Part shown: piece by piece, positions 12,074 to 23,007 of the stretch
How the letters are laid out: each line of letters opens with the position of its first letter
How positions within the stretch are numbered: the first letter of the stretch is position 1
NCBI RefSeq assembly: GCF_003334255.1
Contig: NZ_QOWU01000016.1
Reading direction: 5' to 3' (one strand)
Length of the DNA stretch: 64,000 bases
Origin: Escherichia coli
GTDB taxonomy: Bacteria; Pseudomonadota; Gammaproteobacteria; Enterobacterales; Enterobacteriaceae
Program-made: the position numbers and the translations under genes
The notes under the pieces: model-generated
Told to the model about the DNA's origin: nothing
Seen by the model: the letters and a program-made list of their open reading frames with translations, nothing else
Database searches by the model: none

Positions 12074-12092
12074 AATGGAACACTGTTTTAAT
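12074..12092 (+). promoter_or_regulatory. putative KdgR operator upstream of kdgK
   Basis: aatggaaca-c-tgttttaat is an imperfect palindrome close to the KdgR box consensus AATGAAACA-N-TGTTTCATT as I recall it, about 70 bp upstream of kdgK ATG. Confidence 0.55.
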
Positions 12093-12158
12093 ATGGTTGA
12101 CCAGCAAACCACCACAGCGCAAACTAACGCTAATTTTTTACAGATCAGGTTCACGACT

Positions 12159-13088
12159 ATGTCCAAAAAGATTGCCGTGATTGGCGAATGCATGATTGAG
12201 CTTTCCGAGAAAGGCGCGGACGTTAAGCGCGGTTTCGGCGGCGATACCCTGAACACTTCCGTCTATATCGCCCGTCAGGTCGATCCTGCGGCATTAACCG
12301 TTCATTACGTAACGGCGCTGGGAACGGACAGTTTTAGCCAGCAGATGCTGGACGCCTGGCACGGCGAGAACGTTGATACTTCCCTGACCCAACGGATGGA
12401 AAACCGTCTGCCGGGCCTTTACTACATTGAAACCGACAGCACCGGCGAGCGTACGTTCTACTACTGGCGGAACGAAGCCGCCGCCAAATTCTGGCTGGAG
12501 AGTGAGCAGTCTGCGGCGATTTGCGAAGAGCTGGCGAATTTCGATTATCTCTACCTGAGCGGGATTAGCCTGGCGATCTTAAGCCCGACCAGCCGCGAAA
12601 AGCTGCTTTCCCTGCTGCGCGAATGCCGCGCCAACGGCGGAAAAGTGATTTTCGACAATAACTATCGTCCGCGCCTGTGGGCCAGCAAAGAAGAGACACA
12701 GCAGGTGTACCAACAAATGCTGGAATGCACGGATATCGCCTTCCTGACGCTGGACGACGAAGACGCGCTGTGGGGTCAACAGCCGGTGGAAGACGTCATT
12801 GCGCGCACCCATAACGCGGGCGTGAAAGAAGTGGTGGTGAAACGCGGGGCGGATTCTTGCCTGGTGTCCATTGCTGGCGAAGGGTTAGTGGATGTTCCGG
12901 CGGTGAAACTGCCGAAAGAAAAAGTGATCGATACCACCGCAGCTGGCGACTCTTTCAGTGCCGGTTATCTGGCGGTACGTCTGACAGGCGGCAGCGCGGA
13001 AGACGCGGCGAAACGTGGGCACCTGACCGCAAGTACCGTTATTCAGTATCGCGGCGCGATTATCCCGCGTGAGGCGATGCCAGCGTAA
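12159..13088 (+). CDS. kdgK: 2-dehydro-3-deoxygluconokinase (309 aa), PfkB/ribokinase family
   Basis: Start at MSKKIAVIGECMIEL (ATG 12159); PfkB C-terminal motif DTTAAGDSFSAGYL; the ORF-track 425-aa version is an upstream over-extension overlapping pdeH. Confidence 0.9.
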   Translation: MSKKIAVIGECMIELSEKGADVKRGFGGDTLNTSVYIARQVDPAALTVHYVTALGTDSFSQQMLDAWHGENVDTSLTQRMENRLPGLYYIETDSTGERTFYYWRNEAAAKFWLESEQSAAICEELANFDYLYLSGISLAILSPTSREKLLSLLRECRANGGKVIFDNNYRPRLWASKEETQQVYQQMLECTDIAFLTLDDEDALWGQQPVEDVIARTHNAGVKEVVVKRGADSCLVSIAGEGLVDVPAVKLPKEKVIDTTAAGDSFSAGYLAVRLTGGSAEDAAKRGHLTASTVIQYRGAIIPREAMPA

Positions 13089-13183
13089 ACGCAGCATATG
13101 CAAAAGGCTGGATAAAGTGTTACCCCTCTATCCAGCTCATCCATAAATACCTGATGGTTGTGCTAACTCATCACCATCAGGCA

Positions 13184-14680
13184 TTACTGTGCAGGTGGAA
13201 TATCCGTCACTTCAGGATGTACGTCATCCGTGGCGACAGAGGTGGTCGCAGCGGCGGTAGATGGGGCCATGATTTGATCCCAGACCGCCTGCAACGCTTT
13301 CATGTTAAATTCCGGCTCGCCTTTCGGCTGCAGCAGTATTAACGCCATATCATTCGACAACTGTTGACGCAGATCCTGATTTAACATCTCTACCGTCAGG
13401 CTATTAAGGAAATCCTGCCGCAGTTTCTGATATTGCTCCGGCGCGATATCGACAACCTGATTTTGCAACGAACGCATCCGCTGACCCATCAGAATATCGG
13501 TATCAGCTCGTGCATAGGCGGCAAACAGTTTCTGCAGCTCCAGTTTCTTTTGCGCCACTAACGCATTGAACTCTTCTTCCGGCAGACCTTTATCGCGAAC
13601 CTTCGCCAGTTCACGCGCCACCAGATTAAGGTTGCTGTTCAGCTTGTCGTTTGGTGATTCGATGTTGATGGCACACTGCGCACGCAGATACAGCACACGG
13701 CAGTCAAATCCAAGACCGATGTCTTTGCTGTTACTGGCACTTAACGCTTGCTGAACATGCCAGAACAGCGCCTCGCGGGCCAGGTCCGCACGCCAGTAGC
13801 GCAGCAGTGCGGCTGATTCACGAATCGGCTGCCACGGCGTATCCCACATGATAGATAACCGGTCCTGACGCACCGCGTCAGTCATAATACTCACCGCTTC
13901 CGCACGCAGCGGAGAAAGCGTCGGCACCGGAGCTGGCGTTTCACGTTTGCCTTTCAGTTCGCCAAACGTTTTGTTTATTTGGTCGACAACCGAGCGCGCA
14001 TCCACGTTTCCCACCACCAGTAGCGTCATTGCATCCGGGGTGTACCATTTCTGATAGAAATCTTTAATTTTTTCCGCTTCAACGGGTTGTTTCAGCGGAT
14101 CGGCAGGATCGTGACCTAACAAGGTTGACCCTTTCAGACGATAGCGCCACCAGCCCTCTTTAGTATCGGCAGGCCAGGTTGCCACCATGTCCTGACTTTG
14201 CAGCGCGTGGTTGATGGTTTCTGGTGTGATGGTCAATTTGCCAGTGGCATTTGCCAGATAAGAGAGCGCTTCTTTCAGCAAATCGTTACGGTTATTGGGC
14301 AAACTCAGATTAAACAGCGTGGTGTCATAAGAGACAATTACCGGCGGCATCGGGCGTTTAGGGTCGATCCCCTGCTGCCACAATGAACGCGCCTGTGCTG
14401 CGTCAAGGCCACCGCTTTGCGTTAGCGCAATACGAGGGATGGCGTGACTGTAACCGCTCTGTTGTGTACTTTCGGCGAGCGAACCGGTATTAACCAGCAG
14501 GCGAATTTCAACACGATCGCTGGGACGCTGGGGGGTGGTCAGCACTTGCCACTGTAAACCGTTGGAAAGCGTCCCCTGTTGCCATGCTGGATCAGGCTGG
14601 AGCGCATCTGCCTGCACATAGCCAGCAGTGGCCATCATCAGCAAACCGCCCGCTAAAAGTCGAATTTTTGTGCCCTGCAT
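13184..14680 (-). CDS. yhjJ: peptidase M16-family homologue, periplasmic (498 aa), catalytic HxxEH apparently absent
   Basis: 498-aa ORF with signal peptide; recognised as YhjJ; region where M16 enzymes carry HxxEH reads GYSHAIPR. Confidence 0.85.
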   Translation of the reverse strand: MQGTKIRLLAGGLLMMATAGYVQADALQPDPAWQQGTLSNGLQWQVLTTPQRPSDRVEIRLLVNTGSLAESTQQSGYSHAIPRIALTQSGGLDAAQARSLWQQGIDPKRPMPPVIVSYDTTLFNLSLPNNRNDLLKEALSYLANATGKLTITPETINHALQSQDMVATWPADTKEGWWRYRLKGSTLLGHDPADPLKQPVEAEKIKDFYQKWYTPDAMTLLVVGNVDARSVVDQINKTFGELKGKRETPAPVPTLSPLRAEAVSIMTDAVRQDRLSIMWDTPWQPIRESAALLRYWRADLAREALFWHVQQALSASNSKDIGLGFDCRVLYLRAQCAINIESPNDKLNSNLNLVARELAKVRDKGLPEEEFNALVAQKKLELQKLFAAYARADTDILMGQRMRSLQNQVVDIAPEQYQKLRQDFLNSLTVEMLNQDLRQQLSNDMALILLQPKGEPEFNMKALQAVWDQIMAPSTAAATTSVATDDVHPEVTDIPPAQ

Positions 14681-14860
14681 GTGAACCCCTGATCAACTAT
14701 CCTGGTAATAAAAAAACTGCCCGTTGTCGGTCAGTCTAAATGACGTTAAAAACACTTCGTGTTAGACCGCAAGAACATGAAAATGTCACGGAAGAAGTGA
14801 AATAAACCTGAACTCACCCAGGTGGTAAGTTCAGGCACAGGGGTCAATTATGCGCAAACA

Positions 14861-14887
14861 CCCGCACTCGGGGAAGGGAGTGCGGGC
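14861..14887 (-). terminator. putative dctA transcription terminator hairpin
   Basis: Inverted repeat cccgcactc...gagtgcggg immediately downstream of the dctA stop on the minus strand. Confidence 0.45.
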
Positions 14888-14900
14888 ATAAGTGATGAGA

Positions 14901-16223
<1,323 letters not shown>

Positions 16224-16369
16224 TTATGGGGTACCTGCGGCCTTAATATAACACCCAGACAACATCACAGAAATGTACCTGGATCATAATTGAAACAAAA
16301 AGGTTAAAAAGTTTGAGCTGGCTCGCACAAACCAGCACTTTTTAAAGTTTTGTAATCAGTTTGGGGTAG

Positions 16370-18358
16370 CTACTTTTCTTCCAGGTAACTCTCTTCGAAG
16401 ATTTCAATAGGGAGTGGGCGAGCAAAAAGGAAGCCCTGGGCAATACCAACGCCCGCTTTTGCCAGCCAGTCGCGTTGTGCTTCAGTCTCCACGCCTTCGG
16501 CAATCATTTGTAAGTTCAGGCTCTGCGCCAGCATGATAATTGCAGCAATCATGCTGCTATCTCCCGGCAAGCCTTCAACAAACATTTTGTCGATTTTCAG
16601 TACGTCGATTGGCAACGATTTCATATGCTGCAGCTGACGCAGCCCTGCGTAGCCCATGCCGAAATCATCCAGCGCCACCCGAACTCCGGCATTGCGCAGC
16701 GGACGGAGGATTGCCACCGCAGCATGAGGGTCGTCAATACGTCGGCTTTCTGTCACTTCCAGAATCAGTGTTCCCGGCTGAATGCGATAGCGGGTTAACA
16801 GTTCCAGCATATCCGCCACCATATTCGGGTGCATCAGTTGCAGCGCAGAGAGGTTTACCGACAAGGGCAGCATAATGCCGCGCTCTTGCCAGGCTGCAAG
16901 CAATCGACAGGACTCTTCCAGCACCCAGTGACCGACGGTAACCATCAGCCCACAGCACTCAATGCGATCGATTAAGCCATCCGGCAGGTCCCAACTGCCA
17001 TCCGGTTGCTGGATACGCAGTAACACTTCCGCACTGACCAGTTTACCGCTGGTCATCTCGACCTGTGGCTGTAACCAAATAGCAAACTGATGATTTTCCA
17101 GTGCATTAAGGATATCGCTCTCTTCCGTCAACCGCTTCTGGGCGGCTTCCATCTGCTGCGGATCAAAGAACTGAATCTGATTCTTGCCTTTATGGCGAGC
17201 GGTAAATGCCGCAGAAATAGCGCGACTGTAAAGCTGTTCGGCGGTGAGATCGCCGTAGAACATCGCCACGCCAATGCTACAGTGCGGACGGAGTTGAATA
17301 CGTTCAATCGGCAGGCGCTCGCTCATGATAGTGAGCACTTGCTGACCTAAGGTGATTGCGTGCCACGGTTCCTGTACACCGTTGGCAATGACAGCAAAGT
17401 CATAACCGCTAATCTGCGCGAGGATCATACGTGGCGACAGTACCGATTTGAGTTTTTCCACCAGCGTCAGCAGCAGAATTTCTCGTTGCGCCTCTTTCAG
17501 CACGCCCGCAGTATCACGCAGGGTTTCACAGGTGATGATCATCAGCGCGGTGGTTTGTTTACGCGCGACAACCTGCTCCAGCATCTCCATCAGCAAGGCT
17601 TTGTTCGGCAAATCCGACACCGGGAAGCGCATCGCATTTTCGTTCTGTTCTTCATAATGGCGCTGCAGCAATTGCTGGTTGAGGTTGTAACTGCGCACCA
17701 ACATACCGATTTCATCGTCCTGATGCAGACGCGGTAATGCCAGTTGGTGACCAACAAGCTCCTTGGCTGGGATGGCGTTAAGTTCGCGAGCAATATTGCG
17801 TAACGGATGCAAAATCAGGCGGTTAATGCACCAGCTGATGGCGACGGTCAGGATAAGCGACAAAAGTAAGTAAATGGTCACTAACGTTGAGAGGGTGCTC
17901 ATCACGAACTTATACATACGGAAGGAATCCGCCTGTAGTACCAGATAGGCAATTGGCTGCGGGTTTGCCGGACGTTCGAGCGAGTAAACGCCCAGCGAGA
18001 TTTGAACCGGTAGCTCAAACAGGCGAGTAACCATTACCGGCACCGGGCGCTCTGGAATAAAACTTTTACGCAGCGCCTGGAACTGGTTAGGCAGCACTAC
18101 ATCGGCACGGCTGACCACGCCTGCCGGTTTAATGCTGGCAAGAATAGCTTCCGCTTCGGGAATATCGCCTTTCAAAATAGCTGAAGATAAGGGTTCGCGG
18201 ACAGAGCGAGCAATGCTTTCCAGTTGCGTAGCCGTGTTATAGCGATTCTGCTGGACCAGATGGAACAGCAAAACGGTGCAAAAAATAAAAACGAACACCA
18301 GGACAACGGCTGCCACCATTGCCATCTGCTTGATTGTTAACGAGCGACTTACGCGCAA
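16370..18358 (-). CDS. pdeK: c-di-GMP phosphodiesterase with TM/HAMP, degenerate GGDEF-like and EAL domains (about 662 aa)
   Basis: ORF recognised as YhjK/PdeK; no intact GG(D/E)EF motif seen; EAL-type domain with EVL motif; ORF-track start at 18358 is TTG, first in-frame ATG is 11 codons downstream, so the exact start is uncertain. Confidence 0.85.
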
Positions 18359-18439
18359 ATTGTCTCCCCCCGGAAATCCCAGATTGCCGCCCGAGTATAC
18401 CCGATCGCAGCGGCATTAAGAGAGGCGCTATCTGAAAAC

Positions 18440-21400
18440 TTACCAGTCGGCGTAAGGTATCAGCGGCTGCGGCGGTAAATCCATGTCACCCTGCCATCCG
18501 GCGGCGGAATAACGTACGTAGAGCAGGAAATGGCTGGGTGCGTAATCTTTCGCCTGCTGGATATCAATTGCCGTGCCAACAAACCAGTTGGAAGTAACAC
18601 GTCGTTCAAGTAATGCCCGCGCCGTGTAGCCGAAGCCCTGACTGCTGCCGCCATCGTTGGATTGCCGCGCAGCTTCTTCCTGCCAGTCGGTCGGGATCAG
18701 ATTCATCAGCGGATAACGCGGCATGGTTTTGGTGCGTGAATGCGACCACGAGCCAGACGCACCCAGCTCCCACGACCAGTTTTCCGTGCGCTCCCGCCAC
18801 ATCACCGGTATGGCAAACGACAGGTATTCCTGCGGACTGTAGTAACCGCCCTGACCGAGTGAGTAGCCACTCAGATCTTTGTCGTAATGCCAGATCATGT
18901 TGTTCAGGCCGATTGTGACGCGGCGATTGTTCTGGTTAATGACCTTATAGTAATAGCCCGTCATCCAGCGCACGCGCCAGTTATCTTCGACATTTTTACC
19001 GGTTAACTGGTCGCCACTAAGCGATGCCCAGACGCCGTTTGCTTCACCTTTATCGTAGCTCAGACTTAGCCCCACACCGTCGGCACGTACGCCACCCCAT
19101 TTTTTCCCGGTATTGCTCGGGGAGTCTTTTTGCCCACCAAAGGCCAGCAAAGAACTGGAGATGGGCCGACGGTGGGCGTTAACGGTGTAACCCAGCGGCC
19201 CGATATCATCGCTGTAACTGATGCCGCCGACCACATCCACCACGTTGAAGCCCATCGGCGTGGTACCGATATCCCAGCTCCAGACGTCATTTCGCCAGCC
19301 GACCGCCACGCTGGCACCGGAATCCGACTGGCTGCGGTTGCCGCTACAGTCCTGTAATGTACAGGTGCCCCAGTTGTCATCCCATTTGCCATCGGCATTA
19401 GTGGAGAAACTGCCGACGTTCATATTGACGAAATCACTGCGAAAGAACATCCGCCCGTCAGAATACGGCGCATCCACCTGCAACATGGTAGTGTGCGCTT
19501 TCAGATCGGAGTAACCACCGGTGCCGCTCGAACCCCAGTAATCGTGCTCAAGGGTGACGTTAAGATCCTGCTGGCGATAGAGGTCCGCCGCATCGCTGCG
19601 CACGCCACGTTTCAGCCAGTCATCCTTCTCGTCGTTACGGGTCAGTCGGGTAAAGGTGTCGTTATCCTGCGGACGCGTCGTAGTCACACCGGATGCGACC
19701 ATGGCGTCTTTGTAGGTTTCCAGCGCCTGCGTTGGATCGCCCGCCTGCGCTTCAAACTTCGCACCATCACGCAGCACCATCGCGCTTTCCATCGACGGTG
19801 GCTGAGATTTTGCCTGCGGGATCAACTTATTAAACGTCCGCTGCGCTGCTGCGGTATCGCCAAGCTGCGCCTGTGCCAGCGCCACGCGCCGCTGTGTGTT
19901 CAGCGAGGCGTTATCGGTAGCGGGCAGTTTCGCCAGCTGGCTACGTGCCGCCGCTTTGTCACCGGCAGCAATATCCACTTCCGTCAGACCAAGAATGGCG
20001 TCGGCGTTAGCTGGCTCCCGCGTCAGGACATTCTGATATGCAGCGCGGGCGGCGGTGTAATCACGTCGTTGTTGCGCCCAGTCAGCCAGCGTGAGGTCAA
20101 TACGCGTGGAAGGTGGTTGCTGGCGCAGCATCGCTTCCGCTTCTGCCTCTTTGCCGCTTTCTCGCAGGCGGTTAGCGGTTTCCAGCACCTGATCGCTTTG
20201 CAGTCGATTAACCAGCTCCTGAATATTGCTGTTCCACTGCGCACGCGGCAGGCTGTTGATATGCGCCAGCGCCGCTCTGTCCTGGTCATGACCAGAGAGG
20301 TACAGCCCGTAAGCGTAAACCTGCTCCGGGTCGTTCGACTTCTGCTGCGCCAGATTGCGCATTAACGTATCGGCCTGGCTGCGTTGTCCGGCCTGCCAGA
20401 GATCCTGCGAAAGTCGGTAAGTAATCCATACGCTGCCGGGGTCCAGCGCCAGTCGTTGCCGCTGAAGTGCTGCCGCCTGCGCCCATTTGCCCTGGTTTTC
20501 CAGTGCCTCTGCCTGCTGTGCCAGACGGTCGTTTTGCAGGCTGCGTTCGATATCATCAATGCTACGCCGCTGACTGGCAGAGAGCGAGGCGATAAACGCT
20601 TCAGCTTTTTCTGGCGATTGCTGGCGGTAAATATTTGCCAGCCCGCGCACGGCGTTAGTGTTGCCGCTGTCCATACGCAAGGTCTGCTGATAATAACGTT
20701 CGGCGGCGGGATAATCTTTTCGCGCCATCGCCACATCGCCCAGCCCCAGCACTGCATAACTGTCGGTGTTATCGACATTACGCGCCTGCTGGAACAGGCG
20801 TTCTGCCCGGTCAGGATTATTGGCTTTCAGCGCAGCATCGCCCTGCTGGATCGCCAGCCAGTAGCGGTTTACTTTCAGCAGACTGTTCCATTTGTCGTTG
20901 TTGCTGCTGTGCGGGTCCAGTGCGAGGGCTTTTTCCAGATTCGCCACTGCATTGGCGCGATCGCCTTTCTGAGAATACGCCTGGCCCAGCGCCCCCAGAG
21001 CTTCACTGTCTTTCGGGTTCGCCCGCACCGCCTGTTGTAGTTCGGGAATGGCTTTACCCGCCATACCAGAGTCCACCGCCGCTAAACCTTGCGCACGAGC
21101 GCGGAAAGCAGGATCGGCCAGCTGTTTTTGCTGTTCTGCCAGTTGCGATTGCGCAGCCGCCACGCTATCGCCATCACTAAAGATCGAGAGATATTTTTTC
21201 AGCGCCGACACACTGGCATCACTGACGGGCATGTCTTTAATCTGCCCGTACCAGATTTTAGAGGCCCCTTCGCGCCCGGCGTTCGATTTTGCCATCTGTT
21301 CCAGGACGGCAAAACCTTCGTCACGGCGATCGCTACTAAACAGCAATAGCGCCAGATTGTTTTGCAGGCCCGTATTGCCCGGTGCATCCGCATTGATGCG

Positions 21401-21913
21401 TTTTAACTGATTAATCGCTTCGCCACGGCGAGCCGGAATTTTCGCCACCGTACTCCAGTACTCGACAGCAATGTCACCTTCCGGCGGCGCACCGTTGAAC
21501 AGTTTGTTGTAACTCGCCACAGCTTCTTCTGCATGACCGGTCGTCGCCTGCAATCGTGCCTGTTGCAGTGCCTGACGACCATCCGGCGTGGAAAGTAGCA
21601 TCGTAGTCCGCGACGATTTATACGCATTTGAACTCGGCGCTAACTGCGACAGCCGATCGAGCTGTTTTTGCGCGCCATCAATATCGCCCTGACGTAACAA
21701 AGAACGGAAACGGGCGGCAACGACGTCCGGGTTATTCGGATCAATAAGTTCCAGCCGATATAACGACTGTTGCACCAGATCTTCACGATGGGTCGCTTCG
21801 CCTAACCGAACTTGCTCCAGCAACTGTTGCTGAGCGGTTGGTGCTGCCTCGACCATCGGCATGACGGCCAGACCGAGGGAAAGCGTGAATATGTTTAGTG
21901 TGAATTTGCGCAT
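18440..21913 (-). CDS. bcsC: cellulose synthase operon protein C, TPR-repeat periplasmic scaffold plus outer-membrane beta-barrel (1157 aa)
   Basis: 1157-aa ORF with signal peptide, long TPR-rich region and a C-terminal beta-barrel-like region ending in aromatic residues (PYADW). Confidence 0.93.
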   Translation of the reverse strand: MRKFTLNIFTLSLGLAVMPMVEAAPTAQQQLLEQVRLGEATHREDLVQQSLYRLELIDPNNPDVVAARFRSLLRQGDIDGAQKQLDRLSQLAPSSNAYKSSRTTMLLSTPDGRQALQQARLQATTGHAEEAVASYNKLFNGAPPEGDIAVEYWSTVAKIPARRGEAINQLKRINADAPGNTGLQNNLALLLFSSDRRDEGFAVLEQMAKSNAGREGASKIWYGQIKDMPVSDASVSALKKYLSIFSDGDSVAAAQSQLAEQQKQLADPAFRARAQGLAAVDSGMAGKAIPELQQAVRANPKDSEALGALGQAYSQKGDRANAVANLEKALALDPHSSNNDKWNSLLKVNRYWLAIQQGDAALKANNPDRAERLFQQARNVDNTDSYAVLGLGDVAMARKDYPAAERYYQQTLRMDSGNTNAVRGLANIYRQQSPEKAEAFIASLSASQRRSIDDIERSLQNDRLAQQAEALENQGKWAQAAALQRQRLALDPGSVWITYRLSQDLWQAGQRSQADTLMRNLAQQKSNDPEQVYAYGLYLSGHDQDRAALAHINSLPRAQWNSNIQELVNRLQSDQVLETANRLRESGKEAEAEAMLRQQPPSTRIDLTLADWAQQRRDYTAARAAYQNVLTREPANADAILGLTEVDIAAGDKAAARSQLAKLPATDNASLNTQRRVALAQAQLGDTAAAQRTFNKLIPQAKSQPPSMESAMVLRDGAKFEAQAGDPTQALETYKDAMVASGVTTTRPQDNDTFTRLTRNDEKDDWLKRGVRSDAADLYRQQDLNVTLEHDYWGSSGTGGYSDLKAHTTMLQVDAPYSDGRMFFRSDFVNMNVGSFSTNADGKWDDNWGTCTLQDCSGNRSQSDSGASVAVGWRNDVWSWDIGTTPMGFNVVDVVGGISYSDDIGPLGYTVNAHRRPISSSLLAFGGQKDSPSNTGKKWGGVRADGVGLSLSYDKGEANGVWASLSGDQLTGKNVEDNWRVRWMTGYYYKVINQNNRRVTIGLNNMIWHYDKDLSGYSLGQGGYYSPQEYLSFAIPVMWRERTENWSWELGASGSWSHSRTKTMPRYPLMNLIPTDWQEEAARQSNDGGSSQGFGYTARALLERRVTSNWFVGTAIDIQQAKDYAPSHFLLYVRYSAAGWQGDMDLPPQPLIPYADW

Positions 21914-23001
21914 TCCTGGCCCCAGTCAGGTAATAACTCACCTTTTGTCGAGAAGCGGAAACGGTGTTGATCCCAGCCTTGTCCAAACAGGGTCAGCACA
22001 TAGTTGTAATAGGCATCGCTGCCGGGAAAGTTATCGGCCACGCGCTGGCGCTGAACGGCCTGCGCATCGCGGTTTTGTAAAAAGGGCAGCATGGCGGCAG
22101 AAAAACCGACTGGTCCTTTACCCTGCGCTTTCCCCGTAGCCACATCCACTTTTTCCGGCGGATAACCGTTTTTCTCAGTGAATGTCGCCATCGGTTTAAA
22201 CCGGTTGAGCATCCGCGCTTTTTGCGGATCGCTGTCAGGCATCATGCCTACCCACATGTAAACGCGGATAGCGTCGTAGCTGCTGATCAATGTTTTTTCG
22301 GCTTTTAGCTGCCAGCCTTTGTCTTTCTCATAGCGCACCCAGTCTGGCGAAAAACCTTTCGGGGCGGTTTCCAGCAATAAACGTTGATTGGTTTCGCGCA
22401 GCGTGGTCCACGGCGCGCCAAAGCGGGTGAAATACTGCGCCAGCGTCGGCGGCAGGTAGCTGGGGTTAAAACGCCAGCTGTTATCCTCAGCAAAACCCAC
22501 TTTGCCCGGTAACAACATGGAACCCAGCCCAGGCACCGTCACCACTTCCTCCCGCGCGATACGTTTTAGCAACGCGCTGCCGATGTCGGTATAACGCTGC
22601 TCTTTCCACAAACGCCCCGCCTCCAGCAACGACCAGGCCATCCAGACATCACCATCGGAGGCCGAATTGCTGTCCAGCACTTCCCACTTACTGTTCTCTT
22701 TCTTGCCCCACAGCCAGGCGGGCAAACGTTCTTTTAAAGAACCCTGAGCGAGATTGTTCTGCGTCCAGTCGAGAATATTATCGAAAGCTGCACGGTCGTT
22801 AGCCGCCAGGGCAGAGAACATGCCGTAACTTTGCCCTTCGGAGGTGGTGATTTTGCGCGCGTCGCTGGGGTCGATGACGCGCCCTTCCTGACTGATGTAA
22901 TCCTTTTTAAACTGCTCCCAGGCAGGCCAGGTACAGGCTGCCTGAACACTAAAGGCAGCCAGCAGCAGCATCGTCACGATTCCACTACGCAACACATTCA
23001 T
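21895..23001 (-). CDS. bcsZ: endo-1,4-beta-glucanase (glycoside hydrolase family 8), 368 aa
   Basis: Recognised as BcsZ; ORF-track start at 23007 is TTG, ATG at 23001 gives the 368-aa protein; 3' end of bcsC overlaps by 19 nt. Confidence 0.9.
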   Translation of the reverse strand: MNVLRSGIVTMLLLAAFSVQAACTWPAWEQFKKDYISQEGRVIDPSDARKITTSEGQSYGMFSALAANDRAAFDNILDWTQNNLAQGSLKERLPAWLWGKKENSKWEVLDSNSASDGDVWMAWSLLEAGRLWKEQRYTDIGSALLKRIAREEVVTVPGLGSMLLPGKVGFAEDNSWRFNPSYLPPTLAQYFTRFGAPWTTLRETNQRLLLETAPKGFSPDWVRYEKDKGWQLKAEKTLISSYDAIRVYMWVGMMPDSDPQKARMLNRFKPMATFTEKNGYPPEKVDVATGKAQGKGPVGFSAAMLPFLQNRDAQAVQRQRVADNFPGSDAYYNYVLTLFGQGWDQHRFRFSTKGELLPDWGQECANSH

Positions 23002-23007
23002 CTTCAA

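Noticed and set aside
11811-13088. N-terminally extended ORF-track versions of kdgK (425 aa), bcsB (808 aa), bcsA (888 aa), tag (266 aa), xylF (356 aa), yhjC, yhjV, eptB, yhjX, yiaF, yiaB and pdeH
   Set aside because: In each case a well-supported internal start reproduces the canonical protein N-terminus (often a signal peptide or conserved motif), and the extension overlaps the upstream gene or promoter.
19493-21040. Long plus-strand ORFs inside bcsC (19493-20365, 290 aa; 20384-21040, 218 aa) and other antisense ORFs inside yhjG, bcsA, bcsB and pdeK
   Set aside because: They lie entirely antisense within recognisable genes, have arginine/proline-rich low-complexity translations, and have no independent start or RBS context; typical spurious frames in GC-rich coding DNA.
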